A stretch of 63,994 nt of DNA, counting the filler, from Sanchytrium tribonematis (taxonomy: Eukaryota), in NCBI GenBank assembly GCA_018985235.1. It is 7 parts of 7 records of this genome, joined end to end, with 100 filler letters (N's around TTAATTAATTAA, not from the genome) between each part and the next. Parts side by side here need not be neighbours in the genome. Positions count along the whole stretch, not along the records: positions 1 to 15,762 come from JADGIG010000144.1; positions 15,863 to 16,869 come from JADGIG010001463.1; positions 16,970 to 17,972 come from JADGIG010001464.1; positions 18,073 to 19,073 come from JADGIG010001465.1; positions 19,174 to 34,883 come from JADGIG010000145.1; 2 more parts are not named here. One strand, written 5' to 3'. This document shows, one piece after another, positions 11,078 to 22,999 of the stretch; positions within the stretch are counted from its first letter, which is position 1; each line of letters opens with the position of its first letter. The translations under genes and the position numbers were made by a program. A model generated the notes under the pieces. The model was not told the DNA's origin and ran no database searches. It was given only the letters and a program-made list of their open reading frames with translations.

Positions 11078-12160
11078 TCAACTAGTTTGAGAGTCTCTGA
11101 TTGTGTCAGCATCATGATCTACTTCTTTTTGTATAACAACTTGAATTTCCAATTCAATGATTGGACCAGGAATGTCAACTAGAATCCTGACATCATCAGT
11201 CTTTTTATTAATCAATTTAATAAACTTGACTGCGTCAATTGCTTTCTTCCATCTCTTTCTGCTTAGATTTGTTGAAGTAATCGTTTGATTTCCGACATTA
11301 CTCAAACTCCTATCTTTACCAGTCAACCAAGGATGATCGAGACATTCAGGCACTGTCATTCTTTGATTTGGATCCCTCTTTAGGCAGTGTTTTATAAAAT
11401 TTGTGGATTCACCCATTTCTGGTATCGACACATCAACATTCAGAATGGCTTTTAAAGAATCCAAAGTTTGAGGTTTTTCAAACGGCGGATCGCCTACTTG
11501 CATAAAGTAAGCGATGCATCCCAATGACCATACATCTACTGAGTTTGAATATTCTTTTTTATCCAAAACTTCTGGAGCCATATATCCTGGGGTGCCGCAC
11601 AAGGTTTTCATTTCATCATTGATATTTAATAATTTTGCAAGTCCAAAATCACCAACCATACATGTATTACAATCATCATAAACCCGTAGCAGAATATTCT
11701 CAGGCTTTAAATCACGATGCGTAATAGAATTAGAATGTAAAAAATCAAGCGCGCTTAATATTCTTTTGATCGTAGTGATAGTATCTTGCTCTGTAACACC
11801 ACGCATCATTTTGTCAAACAGATCCTCACTTGCTAAATCCATAATGATGTACAAATTATTCACAGATTCGAAATAATCAATTAATTTTAAAATACTATCA
11901 GGAAAATTTGTAAATTTGGGAGTAGTGACGGTGGCAGACTCTTTCTTAGCTGCTGTGTGTTTGGTATTATTGCCTAGTTGTTGTAAAATGTTGATTTCGT
12001 TCAATACAATATGCTGCTTATTCAAAATTAATTTCTTGTTAAATATTTTTGCAGCATATTTCGTGTTTGTGGCAATATGGACGCATTCCTTTACTATCGC
12101 ATACGAACCTTCGCCTAATTCTTTCCCTAATTTATATGGGCATGGAGCTAAAGCGGACAT
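11078..12160 (-). CDS. Ca2+/calmodulin-dependent protein kinase (CAMK1/CMK-like)
   Basis: GEGSYA, AAK, HRDLKPEN, DFG, CGTPGYMAPE, CaM-binding-like RKRWKKAIDAV. Confidence 0.9.
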   Translation of the reverse strand: MSALAPCPYKLGKELGEGSYAIVKECVHIATNTKYAAKIFNKKLILNKQHIVLNEINILQQLGNNTKHTAAKKESATVTTPKFTNFPDSILKLIDYFESVNNLYIIMDLASEDLFDKMMRGVTEQDTITTIKRILSALDFLHSNSITHRDLKPENILLRVYDDCNTCMVGDFGLAKLLNINDEMKTLCGTPGYMAPEVLDKKEYSNSVDVWSLGCIAYFMQVGDPPFEKPQTLDSLKAILNVDVSIPEMGESTNFIKHCLKRDPNQRMTVPECLDHPWLTGKDRSLSNVGNQTITSTNLSRKRWKKAIDAVKFIKLINKKTDDVRILVDIPGPIIELEIQVVIQKEVDHDADTIRDSQTS

Positions 12161-12637
12161 GTTTTAAGGAGAAGGGACTCAGCCTTGAATTTCAATATAT
12201 TTAATAAGTTTATCAAAACGAGAAAAGGTTATAAAACGAATTAAGTTGTAAGGCTTTACCCCCAGCCCATCATTGTACAACTTATGGTGCCTTCATATTT
12301 TAGATCTAATTTTCGAAACATTTCAAATTTCTTGGTTGTCCATAAATTGAATGCTCACAATTCATTTCACTTGCCTAATACTTGGATCATTGCAATGTTT
12401 GAAGTTTGAAGTAGCCATTAGGCATTTTATGACATCGATATATTTCGCTCAAATTTCGTTGAATTTGTTCATCTGATAACAATAATGTTAGCAAATTAAT
12501 GTCCTGGTTTGATTATATTTCACAAGCTAATTGTGATCTTTCAAGTTACACAAACCACAATCATTGTGTAATCATTTGATCCCGTGTATTGATGATCGAA
12601 ACAAATACTCACAGGGAGACACAACAAAACAATTATC

Positions 12638-14761
12638 ATGATTTTAATATATTTCTGCTTTGCGCAATTGATAACCACGAAAGTTGATTTCATACAGCAT
12701 TATGAAAAAGAAGAATTACCGACATATGAAATTAAAATTTTTTATCCAGCTGGAAAAACAATTTCAAATATTTCCAGCCATGAGGTCGATCATATCCACC
12801 ATTTTGATGAAGTCGTACCTCTTCCTACAAGCTTGGTTACCAATATGTACGGCAGAGTGACAATTATCATTCCTGTCAAGGAGTTTAAGGGAATTCATCT
12901 AAATTTTACCGCAGATGGTAAGGAATATACTATCTTTCCGGGTCTGGTACTTGCTGACAAGATACAAAAATCTAATATGTTTAACCAAAGTATGAATCAA
13001 ATGCTAAAATCTGTTTTTCAGCCTTTATTGAAAATGAATACTCATAATATAACAAGTAATCAAATCTACCACCCTAGAATGTCTTCCGAACATCTACAAA
13101 TGTCTCAAAATGGAGTTTTGTACGATGAGAATCATGTTGTACACTTTAAAAGAGATTTAAATGTCACCTCAAAACTCGCTGCAGTAGGGTTGAATACTAA
13201 ACGAGCCATCAAGACATTAGTACAGGTACTTAAAACTGTAGGTGTATTTTTGCTGCACTTTTTTCAAGGTATCATGTCTTTGAGAGATTGGTCTTCGGTT
13301 TTAAGTACTCAAAAATTAATCAATAGATATCACATGGGAACTGTACCAATTATGAAAAAAGGTACCATGGCTATGAAATCGAAATTTAATGGTTTGGTGA
13401 AAAATTGGAGGATGAATAATTCCTTGAGTTTTTTAAATCAAGCTGAAAAATATCCAACGAATCAAAAAGTTTTAAATATCACAAAAAAATGGGAGAATAG
13501 ACCAGTTGGCTCAATGACTTTGGAAGATTTGACAGTGCACCATGTCACAAATATCACAGTAACAGGTGGTCCTGCATCTTTGTTGCGAGAACATGGATTA
13601 TTATTGGACAAAGTATCTAATAGACTATTGCAATTAGCAACCCCCGATGTAGTCTCTCAAGTGAATGACTTGAAATTGGAAAAAGACGCGACATCAAAAG
13701 ACAAAATGTTCTTTTACTTATTGCGAAGTACTTATAAATTAAAGGATTTGGCTTTGTCATTATTACAATCGTCCTCTCTCATAGTGTTTGATATTGTAGA
13801 ACCCATTATGGATTTTATGCAGCGACTGATTACAATTGAAGTGCCTGGCCTATCTCGCTTTTTTAAATCCATTTCTGATGGACCTTTGGATATTATGAAT
13901 TTACTCACTTTGTGCACTGCGGCATTTATGAATTTTAATCTCTACGTATATACTGGCCAGACATATATCTTGAGTGAGAGAGAAATGGATGTTTTGACAA
14001 GTGATCCAAATCCAATGTTGTGGCCTTATAATTTTTACAAACATCCAAAAACAGGTCCATTTACCAAGGAAAAAGAATTAAAATTAAATCAGTTGCTAGA
14101 TTGGATGCCGAGATGTCAAATGTTGTACTTTCAATATGTTGGCATTTTGTACGCAGATTTACAAACACTTACTGGATCCCCTAAATTAGATATTTTCAGC
14201 TGGCTGGATATGCTTGTATTTGCGATGAATTACATGTATTTAGTACCCTATTATCCTGTAGACTTTGTGACAGATCCTAAAGATGTGGAATTAAAAATCC
14301 AAAATCCTGATAAATATTGGTTTACATGGTATCTCCATTGGTTTATAGAGGTGATTGCTGGACAATTACAAACAATGCACTCATTTTATCATTTGACTTT
14401 GGGTTCAGCTATCAAAAATACCTATGATAAGACCAGATTTCTCATTCGAGGTATTATCGTTGGATTACCTCAAATGGTGGTTATAACTTGGATATCAGCA
14501 AATGTCTGGAAGAATTGTGATCCAAATGATCAAGATAGACTTTCTATTACGATTATCAATACATTGGCTTGGTCTGTTGATACGGCCAGCTACTTATACA
14601 TGCTTGTATTTGCCAAACACATCAATGACCAGAGTCATAAATTAATGAATATGGTACGAGTTGATTTCATGGGTGCTTATATTGATATAACGATGCTTTC
14701 CCTTTATCATGCCAGGTTGGGATTAATGATGCAAAGTGGAAAATTTGGATTAATTGATTGA
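12638..14761 (+). CDS. hypothetical secreted/membrane protein (707 aa)
   Basis: Long ORF, short signal-like N-terminus, KR site (HFKRDL), hydrophobic helical C-terminal half. Confidence 0.75.
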   Translation: MILIYFCFAQLITTKVDFIQHYEKEELPTYEIKIFYPAGKTISNISSHEVDHIHHFDEVVPLPTSLVTNMYGRVTIIIPVKEFKGIHLNFTADGKEYTIFPGLVLADKIQKSNMFNQSMNQMLKSVFQPLLKMNTHNITSNQIYHPRMSSEHLQMSQNGVLYDENHVVHFKRDLNVTSKLAAVGLNTKRAIKTLVQVLKTVGVFLLHFFQGIMSLRDWSSVLSTQKLINRYHMGTVPIMKKGTMAMKSKFNGLVKNWRMNNSLSFLNQAEKYPTNQKVLNITKKWENRPVGSMTLEDLTVHHVTNITVTGGPASLLREHGLLLDKVSNRLLQLATPDVVSQVNDLKLEKDATSKDKMFFYLLRSTYKLKDLALSLLQSSSLIVFDIVEPIMDFMQRLITIEVPGLSRFFKSISDGPLDIMNLLTLCTAAFMNFNLYVYTGQTYILSEREMDVLTSDPNPMLWPYNFYKHPKTGPFTKEKELKLNQLLDWMPRCQMLYFQYVGILYADLQTLTGSPKLDIFSWLDMLVFAMNYMYLVPYYPVDFVTDPKDVELKIQNPDKYWFTWYLHWFIEVIAGQLQTMHSFYHLTLGSAIKNTYDKTRFLIRGIIVGLPQMVVITWISANVWKNCDPNDQDRLSITIINTLAWSVDTASYLYMLVFAKHINDQSHKLMNMVRVDFMGAYIDITMLSLYHARLGLMMQSGKFGLID

Positions 14762-14794
14762 TCTCATAGTAAATTAAAAACATGAATCATTTAT

Positions 14795-15139
14795 TTAATC
14801 TTTCAGAGAAGTATACTGTCTCTCTGATTCAACAACACCTAAAAAGGCTGCAAATCTACGCTCTACTTCATTTACTCGGTTTTCCATATTTGATAAACGA
14901 CATCCCACATTGTTTTCAATTTTAATTAAACTATTATCGCGCTGCTCAAATTGCTGCTCGTGATCCTCTGATTTACAACATTTCGAAATTTTTACGATTT
15001 GATTTTCCACCGTACAAGTATACTTATTTGGACTTGATTTGCGATTCATCTTGATCTTCAACACTTTTTTGTTTTGTTTCTTTGAAAATCCAGTGACGAC
15101 CTTCATGTTTTGAGTACGAGCATTTTCAAGAGCTGACAT
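14795..15139 (-). CDS. small hypothetical protein with C-terminal coiled coil
   Basis: 114-aa ORF convergent with the upstream gene; AAATAAT directly after the stop. Confidence 0.45.
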   Translation of the reverse strand: MSALENARTQNMKVVTGFSKKQNKKVLKIKMNRKSSPNKYTCTVENQIVKISKCCKSEDHEQQFEQRDNSLIKIENNVGCRLSNMENRVNEVERRFAAFLGVVESERQYTSLKD

Positions 15140-15762
15140 TATGTATCAATCCGAAAATATAAAATTTGATAAAACGCTAAATTTCCCCAATCTGTGACCA
15201 CCCTATCGATGGTCGGAGGCGTGTTGACTAGTCGTGATCCATTATTGGCATTGATTTAGATGATGTTCAAACTGGAACGAAAATCGATTTACGAATGAAA
15301 AATCTATTACAAGTCAGCAATTCTTATTTAGACTAAATTAATCTTAGAAATAGAAGGCAACTGTAATTTTGGTTTCTTTTAAGCAAACGTGTTATTAATT
15401 TTGTATTTCCAACGGAATATTCTAGTTTGTAGTTGATGAAATGAAAAATATCACAAACATTAGAATCTGTCAATTCCATGAATACTTTCGCGAAGATGGT
15501 TTGTGCCAGTGTCAATGTGTTGCTTCTCCATCGCACGTCAATTTTTCAAATTTTTATGGACCTTTTTTTTATTACCTGTTTTTATGGAACCTTGGTTTCA
15601 AGAATCTGGTAGAACTTACCCTTGAAACAATGACGACGCTTGCAGACGTACTGAACTACATTAAGGTATTACAAGAAAAGCAATTGTACATGCTGCTAAC
15701 GTTCCCATTGCTGCAGAAATGGCAGAATCAAAGCCCCAAAAAATCACTCAAGTACCATGGTT

Positions 15763-15862
15763 NNNNNNNNNNNNNNNNNNNNNNNNNNNNNNNNNNNNNN
15801 NNNNNNTTAATTAATTAANNNNNNNNNNNNNNNNNNNNNNNNNNNNNNNNNNNNNNNNNNNN
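15763..15862. other. artificial contig linker
   Basis: N44-TTAATTAATTAA-N44 (stops in six frames). Confidence 0.98.
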
Positions 15863-15898
15863 AAAAATCAGGTCATTTTACTCATATCCACATTAATC

Positions 15899-16798
15899 AT
15901 GATTAATTTGATACTATGGACCATCACACTATTAATCTCCACTCCCAAATTTATCAGTTTGTGCATAGTGGCATATGTTTTGGGACTTAAACATGCAATG
16001 GACGCAGATCATATTTGTTCCATTGATAATATCACCCGTAAATTAATACCAAGTAAACCTATATCTATTGGATTATATTTCTCATTAGGGCATTCTACAA
16101 TAGTGATTATTGCAAGTTTGTTGGTGTTGCTAGCGAATGTATTTGCTAGTGAATCTGTACAAAATATATTTGGATTGGTTGGGACCATTGTCAGTAGTAT
16201 ATTCTTGCTATTTATTGGGCTAATTAATCTTTACAATGGATATAAAATGATAAAATCAAGAAATCAACCAAATCATGAAAATGTGATTTATGGTCCATTA
16301 GCTACTATTTTCAAAAGGGCATTCAAACTAATACAATATCCGTATCAATGCTATCCATTGGGACTATTATTTGGACTCGGATTTGACACTGCGAGTGAAA
16401 TTATTATTTTGACATTAATTGATAAATCATCCAATTCAATCTTGATTGCATTATTATTTACAGCCGGGATGTGTTTGGTGGATACTATTGATGGTATAAT
16501 GATGTTGAATATCTATGATCAGCTGAATTCACTGGTTAAAATGGTATTTAGTATTTTAGTGACAATTTTAGGTGTTTTATTTTGCTTGTTTTTGAGTATA
16601 TTGCAGATATTGCAACTGATTAATGATGAGTATGAGATGCATTGGGATGGTGTGGAAGCATTAAGTGACTCGTATTTGGTAATTGGAATAGTTATGATGA
16701 TCTCATTTATTTTGACTTGGATAGTCGCATTTCTAATTGGTAGAAAACAAAGATTGAACAATAGATTACCTGACAATGATCTAAAAGACACGGAATAG
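15899..16798 (+). CDS. NiCoT-family high-affinity nickel/cobalt permease
   Basis: LGLKHAMDADHI, FSLGHSTIV, GLGFDTASE signatures; multiple TM helices. Confidence 0.92.
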   Translation: MINLILWTITLLISTPKFISLCIVAYVLGLKHAMDADHICSIDNITRKLIPSKPISIGLYFSLGHSTIVIIASLLVLLANVFASESVQNIFGLVGTIVSSIFLLFIGLINLYNGYKMIKSRNQPNHENVIYGPLATIFKRAFKLIQYPYQCYPLGLLFGLGFDTASEIIILTLIDKSSNSILIALLFTAGMCLVDTIDGIMMLNIYDQLNSLVKMVFSILVTILGVLFCLFLSILQILQLINDEYEMHWDGVEALSDSYLVIGIVMMISFILTWIVAFLIGRKQRLNNRLPDNDLKDTE

Positions 16799-16869
16799 AG
16801 TAAGTAAATGCATTTTATTTGACATGACGTACATTAAATCCAAATAATTTAACTTTATATTTCTCTACG

Positions 16870-16969
16870 NNNNNNNNNNNNNNNNNNNNNNNNNNNNNNN
16901 NNNNNNNNNNNNNTTAATTAATTAANNNNNNNNNNNNNNNNNNNNNNNNNNNNNNNNNNNNNNNNNNNN
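16870..16969. other. artificial contig linker
   Basis: N44-TTAATTAATTAA-N44. Confidence 0.98.
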
Positions 16970-17147
16970 GGGACAGTTCGGTCATTCCCATGGCCCTAAA
17001 ATGTATAAATAGTTACTTTGAAGGTTTTAAAATTGACCCAATGGAAATTTTGCAATATCAAATGGATTTGATCCATACCAAATTTCCAAACTTTTGCACC
17101 AAGTCGTTGTTTAATATGCATAGCAGTAATATTTCCCCAAATAAGTA

Positions 17148-17972
17148 CCGTAGTATGCCGGTTAGAACGGTATGTTTGAATAAAAATGTAGCCGAATAGA
17201 ACGGTAGCTGATTTTTATTTTGAATAAATAAAACGGTAGCGTATCAATACGGTAGCTTAATATAACGGTAGCTTAATATAACGGTATCCAAATAATACGT
17301 CATTTCTTACAAAAAATTTGTTAATTTTTATTTTTCATGACATCTGGTAACCCCCCAATTGGCAAACCCAAATCTAAAGGAATACGTAAAAAGTTCACCA
17401 TAAAACAGAAGCTAGAATTCATTGATAAATATCATGAGAATGGCAATAACGCTTCTAAAACTCTTCGAGAAGAAGAACTGACTACCACCATTTCAACTGT
17501 ACAAATGTGAATTAAAAAAGAACCAGAGCTTCGTCGTGAAATGGATTCATTTGATAGGCAGCATAGCACTAGAAACAAAAGTCGCTTAAGTGGCGGTGGG
17601 TCCAAACCAATCTTAGGGGATTCTGAAATTAATATTTACAACGAAATAATTGATAAAAGGCGTTTAAAAATTAGAGTAACGCGTAACATGATATGTAAAA
17701 TAGCACGTACAGTTGCAGATTCGAAAGGCATTGAGGGTTTCGTAGCTTCTGAAAAGTTTTTATCAAAGTTTCTAAAACGTCATAAATTATCATTGCGAAG
17801 AGCTAGTTCACGTCAAACACTAAACGATGAAGAAATTGTGAAGCGATCAGTTCTTTATTATCGTTATTTGGACTATACGAAATTGTTAGCAAATCAAAGC
17901 AGTTTGAAGCTGATGAATTAGGCGATGAAACTTTTCATGTTAATCTGTATAATTTTGATCCTGATGCAGAAC
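17148..17972 (+). mobile_element. pogo/Tc2-like DNA transposon 5' part, inactivated transposase
   Basis: TA|CCGTA end, subterminal AACGGTA(GC) repeats 17167..17286, HTH plus CENP-B-like HTH (RKKFTIKQKLEFI; FVASEKFLSKFLKRHKLSLRR) with in-frame TGA. Confidence 0.8.
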
Positions 17973-18072
17973 NNNNNNNNNNNNNNNNNNNNNNNNNNNN
18001 NNNNNNNNNNNNNNNNTTAATTAATTAANNNNNNNNNNNNNNNNNNNNNNNNNNNNNNNNNNNNNNNNNNNN
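17973..18072. other. artificial contig linker
   Basis: N44-TTAATTAATTAA-N44. Confidence 0.98.
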
Positions 18073-18116
18073 TTGTTTGGAAATTAAAAGAAATTCCCTC
18101 CAATCAAACACTCCTG

Positions 18117-18521
18117 ATGGACGACACGAATGTTCTAATCAGTGGCCTACTGGTTCAGCTAGAGGATGCTTTGAAAGTCAATCAGTCTACAATTGAAGAA
18201 TTAAAAAAACAGATGGCAATTAAGAACCCTCAAGTAGATCAAGTTAAAGAGTATGAGTGGACAATGGAATTTATGATTACTTGTCAGCGCAAAATGTTCA
18301 AGAATTATTCTGAGACTATCGGCGAGATTAAGAAGAATTATAATGCAAATTTAAGTTCAGCTTCGAAGGAAATTAATTTTTGGAAAAGAAAGTATGACCT
18401 CGAAAAAAAGAAAAATGAGGATTCCTTATTACTAATCGAGAAAATAGTAAGCAGCACTCAAAAAGAATTTGATGACTATAGATCATTTTGCTCTTTGAGC
18501 CTTCCATTTATAGGTGACTGA
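18117..18521 (+). CDS. small coiled-coil protein
   Basis: 134-aa ORF with CCC-type motif upstream; overlaps the 3' end of UTP11. Confidence 0.6.
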   Translation: MDDTNVLISGLLVQLEDALKVNQSTIEELKKQMAIKNPQVDQVKEYEWTMEFMITCQRKMFKNYSETIGEIKKNYNANLSSASKEINFWKRKYDLEKKKNEDSLLLIEKIVSSTQKEFDDYRSFCSLSLPFIGD

Positions 18522-19073
18522 GCCGTCATCATGTTCTATCTTTTTTCTGGGCCCTTTGGAATGGCTCAAGTGATATTGTAGAGTCATTTGGCCAAGTACA
18601 TGTTTAAGATCTGACAGCCTTTCTTCCCGTTGTTCAAGTTCAATTTCTGATGACGATTTTGAAGAATCGGCATCGCCAGCCATTGTATTTGCTTCAGTGC
18701 TACTATATACGATGTGCACGCCTTTATAAGGAACATTCATTTTGTTTTTCAATTTCTCAATCTGTGATATTTCTCTTTCAATTAGCATTACGATATATTG
18801 TCTATCCTGTGTTTTCATCAGTTTAATCATTTCAGGAGAGAGATTATAATCAGACGCAATTATTTTTCCTTTTGAATTTTGTTTAATATTGACCATTTTA
18901 AAATAAAATTCATCAGGGTTTCTGGTTAACGCCTTTTTTTCCAATTGTTTAATTGCGTTTTCTTTTGCATGAAAGTTTTTTGCTCTTAGTTTATAATCGC
19001 TTTTCTTTTCGAGTAATCCAAATTTGTGTCTTGAATGCGGTTGAGATCGCTCACGATGTAATTTGTGCTGTTT
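18483..19073 (-). CDS. UTP11: U3 snoRNP/SSU processome protein Utp11 (5' truncated by contig end)
   Basis: HRERSQP...FGLLEKKSDYKLRA...RNPDEFYFKM...LMKTQD...YKWKAQR. Confidence 0.92.
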   Translation of the reverse strand, partial: KQHKLHRERSQPHSRHKFGLLEKKSDYKLRAKNFHAKENAIKQLEKKALTRNPDEFYFKMVNIKQNSKGKIIASDYNLSPEMIKLMKTQDRQYIVMLIEREISQIEKLKNKMNVPYKGVHIVYSSTEANTMAGDADSSKSSSEIELEQREERLSDLKHVLGQMTLQYHLSHSKGPRKKIEHDDGSVTYKWKAQRAK

Positions 19074-19173
19074 NNNNNNNNNNNNNNNNNNNNNNNNNNN
19101 NNNNNNNNNNNNNNNNNTTAATTAATTAANNNNNNNNNNNNNNNNNNNNNNNNNNNNNNNNNNNNNNNNNNNN
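19074..19173. other. artificial contig linker
   Basis: N44-TTAATTAATTAA-N44. Confidence 0.98.
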
Positions 19174-20016
19174 CAACACCCCATAGACTCATCTATGGCA
19201 TACTCATCGCCTAAATTGATGTGCTTTTGAAAATTAAGATTTACATTTTTTAAATACCAATTCAATTCTAGGGAATGATGATGACCAGGATACTCATAAC
19301 TCATATACTTGTAGGGATCCACTTTATTTAATAGTGTTGGTATTGTAAAATTCCTTTTAATCTCCTTCCATCTTTCATATTTCAAAATGCCTTGGAACGG
19401 TGGTGGCGTTATTCCACACTTGTTGTGAAAGAATGGCTTCCGATCTTTTGATTCCCAACTACATGAATACTTGCATACCTAAAAAACTCTCCATTTCTTC
19501 AAGTGACACACCAGAATATGCAAAATCCACAATTCCACCTGAAGACAATAAAGAGATTGCAGAAGCATGAGCTTGATTAAGAATGGACGTATTACATGCT
19601 CTATATAAATCTTGAATCATTTCTGAAGTCATAAATAACTTGAAGAAACTATATGGTGTTGATTCCTCATTTAATGTTTTTGGAAATTTACCACTTGCTT
19701 GTCTAAAGTTCATTGTATATGCCTCGTAATCTTCGTGAGAATATGTATTAAAAAAGGGAACCTGTGAATTATTTACACTCACTCTAGGTGCATTTCCGGG
19801 TACATTAGTGTTGTTTAAATTGTCTGTATCAAAATCTTCTTCCCCTCCTCCCAAATACAGACTACCTTCACTCTCTGCTTCACTAGATGTGCAGGAACCT
19901 AATTCTGATCCATAATACTCATCTTCATTGTAATTTACGGTATTTTGGTTTCGTGTCACTCGACTCATTTTTGTGCCAAATGAGGTGAAGCCCCATGTCT
20001 CAAACAAATACGTCAC
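19174..20016 (-). mobile_element. piggyBac-like transposase fragment with in-frame stop
   Basis: TPYSFFKLFM, SLEEMESFLG, YERWKEIKRNF, AIDESM. Confidence 0.8.
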
Positions 20017-20039
20017 CGGTGACTTGAATCTTCCTCAGA

Positions 20040-20900
20040 TCTAAGCCATATAATACCAAAGGCAATGGAATCATTTGGAAGAAAGCTTATTCAGGAACTG
20101 CGAGTTGAAGATACTATTTATAAGCTTGATCATGCGGAGTAGGTCTCTTCCGCTTTCTTTGTTTGGAAGTCTGCTGACAAGGTGCGTTTGGTGGTTGATG
20201 TTAAAGAACTAAACCAGTGGATATTCAGACAAAATGTATATCTTTCTACAATAGACGGAAAGAATACAGTCTTTATTTAAAAAAATCTTACTGGAGAATT
20301 TCATCAACTCTTGCTTGATAAAATATTTTCAATTTATACAGCATTCGTACTCTTTTGGGGAGTATACGCCTATAAAAAGATGCCGATGGTCTTTGTTCCT
20401 CTCCTGAGGGCTTCCAGGATTATTTGTATACCATATTGGGGCATCTCGAATACTTGCTGATCTATTTTGATGACTTGTTGATTGTCGCAGATTTTTTCTC
20501 CCAAGCTCTGGATTATCTCGAGCAAGCACTTGCAATTCTAGCAGATAATTATGTGAGAATCAATCTTGATAAATCATTCTTTTTGAGATACTCTGTTCCA
20601 TACTTGGGTTTCCAGTTGTCCCCAAGCGGTATATCATCCAAAAAGAATAAATTTGATGCTCTATTGGCTTTGCCTCCTCCTCAAAACAAAAGTGACCTCT
20701 GTCGTCAATTGGGATGTCTTTCCTTCAATCGTCGGCTAATCCCTCAGCTGTCTACGATGACTGCACCTTTAACTGAATACTAAAGATGCTAAATTCCAAT
20801 TAACCGCTAAACACTTAAAAACACTCAAATATATTTTATTATTGGTCAACGAGCGCTGTTGGTTTACCAGAACTACCAAAGAGAATTCACAATCAATTTC
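20040..20900 (+). mobile_element. degraded Ty3/gypsy reverse transcriptase
   Basis: IYFDDLLI, VPYLGF, PPPQNKSDLCRQLG, with frameshifts and stops. Confidence 0.85.
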
Positions 20901-22242
20901 AGTTTGACGACAATAATATCCCTCAACCTGTATATGATTTTCATCCAGAAATGCATCATGGGTCAAATCTAATAGCAAAGTACCAGATAGAGGACCACTG
21001 ATTTACGGCAATATATTAGCTGATTTCGCAGCGTTACTATATACAAATCCAGTACGACCAGCAATGCAAATGAATAGACACGCATTACAGGCACAATCTA
21101 CGAAGCATGAATATGAAATTCGCATATCATACTTATTTAAAACGGCAAAGGTTTTCCACAAAGTACCAGATGAAATATCATGGAGGCAAGTAATCACATC
21201 GTATAATGGAGAAGTACGGGTACATAATATACAGGCATATCAGTAAATTAAATTAGTAGAAAAAAACGATGTATCTGCGTGTATGTTCACAAGTTAGGAG
21301 GATTTATTTGTATGTTTTGCCTAAACGTCAGGCTGCCAAACAGTGTATGGATAATGTCTTGTCTACGAAACGTGGTGAGCACTTGAAAAAGTTTTTGTTG
21401 AGTAATTTGAAATTTTATCATTATCGATTTTACTTTTTTAAGAATGTAGATTGGCAATCTATTTATTAAATACCGTAGGAATACGCCCGCTAGTCGGGCA
21501 ACCTAATCAAAATTCCTCTGTCTTCGCTGAACAAACAAAAATAAACCAAAGAATCAGTTCAAAAAGTTCGATTGTGATATTTTTCAAGATAAAACTATCA
21601 ATATTATCAGGAATAGGAGTTTTTAAGGATTTCGAGTCAAATTGTCCTGTAAAATGAATATCCAGTGTCATTTAAGTTTGGATAAATAGAATTTTTGGAC
21701 AGCTCGTAAAGCGGTATAAATGAGATTTTGGAGTTGTTGGAAGGAATCAAAGGATACAATTAGGATAGAAGTACTTTTTAAATAAAATGTACTAAGCCGG
21801 TTCATAAATCTGCCATGAAATTTATCATTTATTTGAATTAAGTAAGTCAACCCGTTCAAGTGAAAAATTGCTTTGAACATGCTTCAGCCATTCCGAATTA
21901 CTTATGAAATATTTTTAAAAAAAATTCCAAATTCCTTATCTTTTATAAATTCAATTAAAGCATGCAATATTGGAATAACTATATCATATTCACAAATAAA
22001 TTCGACCAAATTAACTCCATAGACATCGAAATAGTAATAAACTTATAATTTTTATACCAGAAGTTTGTTCAATTTTAGAGAATTATCACAAAAATCGATC
22101 ACAGGAGAAGTTATATTAGTTACAAAAAATCGACACAGTCCTGAGTGTGACATTAATTGCAGAAATATTTTGGGACAAATAAAATTTGGAATGAAATTTT
22201 AAATAATGTTTTTGCCAGACCTTTGTCTAGTTTTTGGCTGTA

Positions 22243-22884
22243 CATTTGTTAACCCCGTTTGTCCCATTCAAATTGATTTGAACAGATGATAATAAACTAA
22301 CTAACTAACTATAATCAGAATGAAAGACTTGGAATTGAAGTGAGAGGACATTGCTTATTTGGGGATATGGATGATTTTTATACACAAAAAATGATTTATC
22401 CGAATATTCAAGCAGACGGAATTTTTGTGTCATTTTGGGGTTGTTTTTCGTATTTTGGTTTTGTTCCAATTGTGATCTTGGAAGGTCGTGTAGACACCGT
22501 ACACTACTGCCATATTTTAGAAAATCATTTGTTACCTGAGGTGGATGGAATTCAGCCATTGTTTATGCAAGACGGAGCAATATTCCACACATCTCAATTT
22601 ACAAAGTCATTTTTGAGGTCGAAATATATTGAATTATATCCATATCATTGCCCCCAGAGTCCAGATATGAACTCTATTGATTGAATTCGGGGTATTTTAA
22701 GCAAAAGTTGCCGTATTTAAAACCCTTCCCAAAAGATAAAGAAGAATTATGATTACCACCATAAGTTAGTGGCAAGTATGCCCGATAGAATAAGAGAGAT
22801 ACACAGAAGAGATAGGCAGTGGATTAAGTACTAATAAACATTATTGACTTCAAATTGGGGTGGTACAAACGGGGTTAACAATTG
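22243..22884 (+). mobile_element. internally deleted Tc1/mariner element
   Basis: TIRs CA(T/A)TTGTTAACCCCGTTTGT flanked by TA; DDE remnants FWGCF, FMQDGA, PQSPDMNSI. Confidence 0.88.
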
Positions 22885-22999
22885 TAAATGATTTGCATTT
22901 ACACTTTTTGTGTCACTTTTGTTTGTATTCTTTGTAATACCAAATTTAAAACAAAGTAGTTAGAACCTCCAATATTTCAGTTGTATGAAATGGCAATCT

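Noticed and set aside
15313..15425. Cluster of short GT-AG candidates (19, 21 and 23 nt; the first ends TATTTAG)
   Set aside because: I could not assemble a consistent open reading frame from them; needs RNA data
17167..17286. Short spaced AACGGTAGC repeats as a CRISPR-like array
   Set aside because: Irregular, short, and subterminal to a pogo-like transposon in eukaryotic DNA
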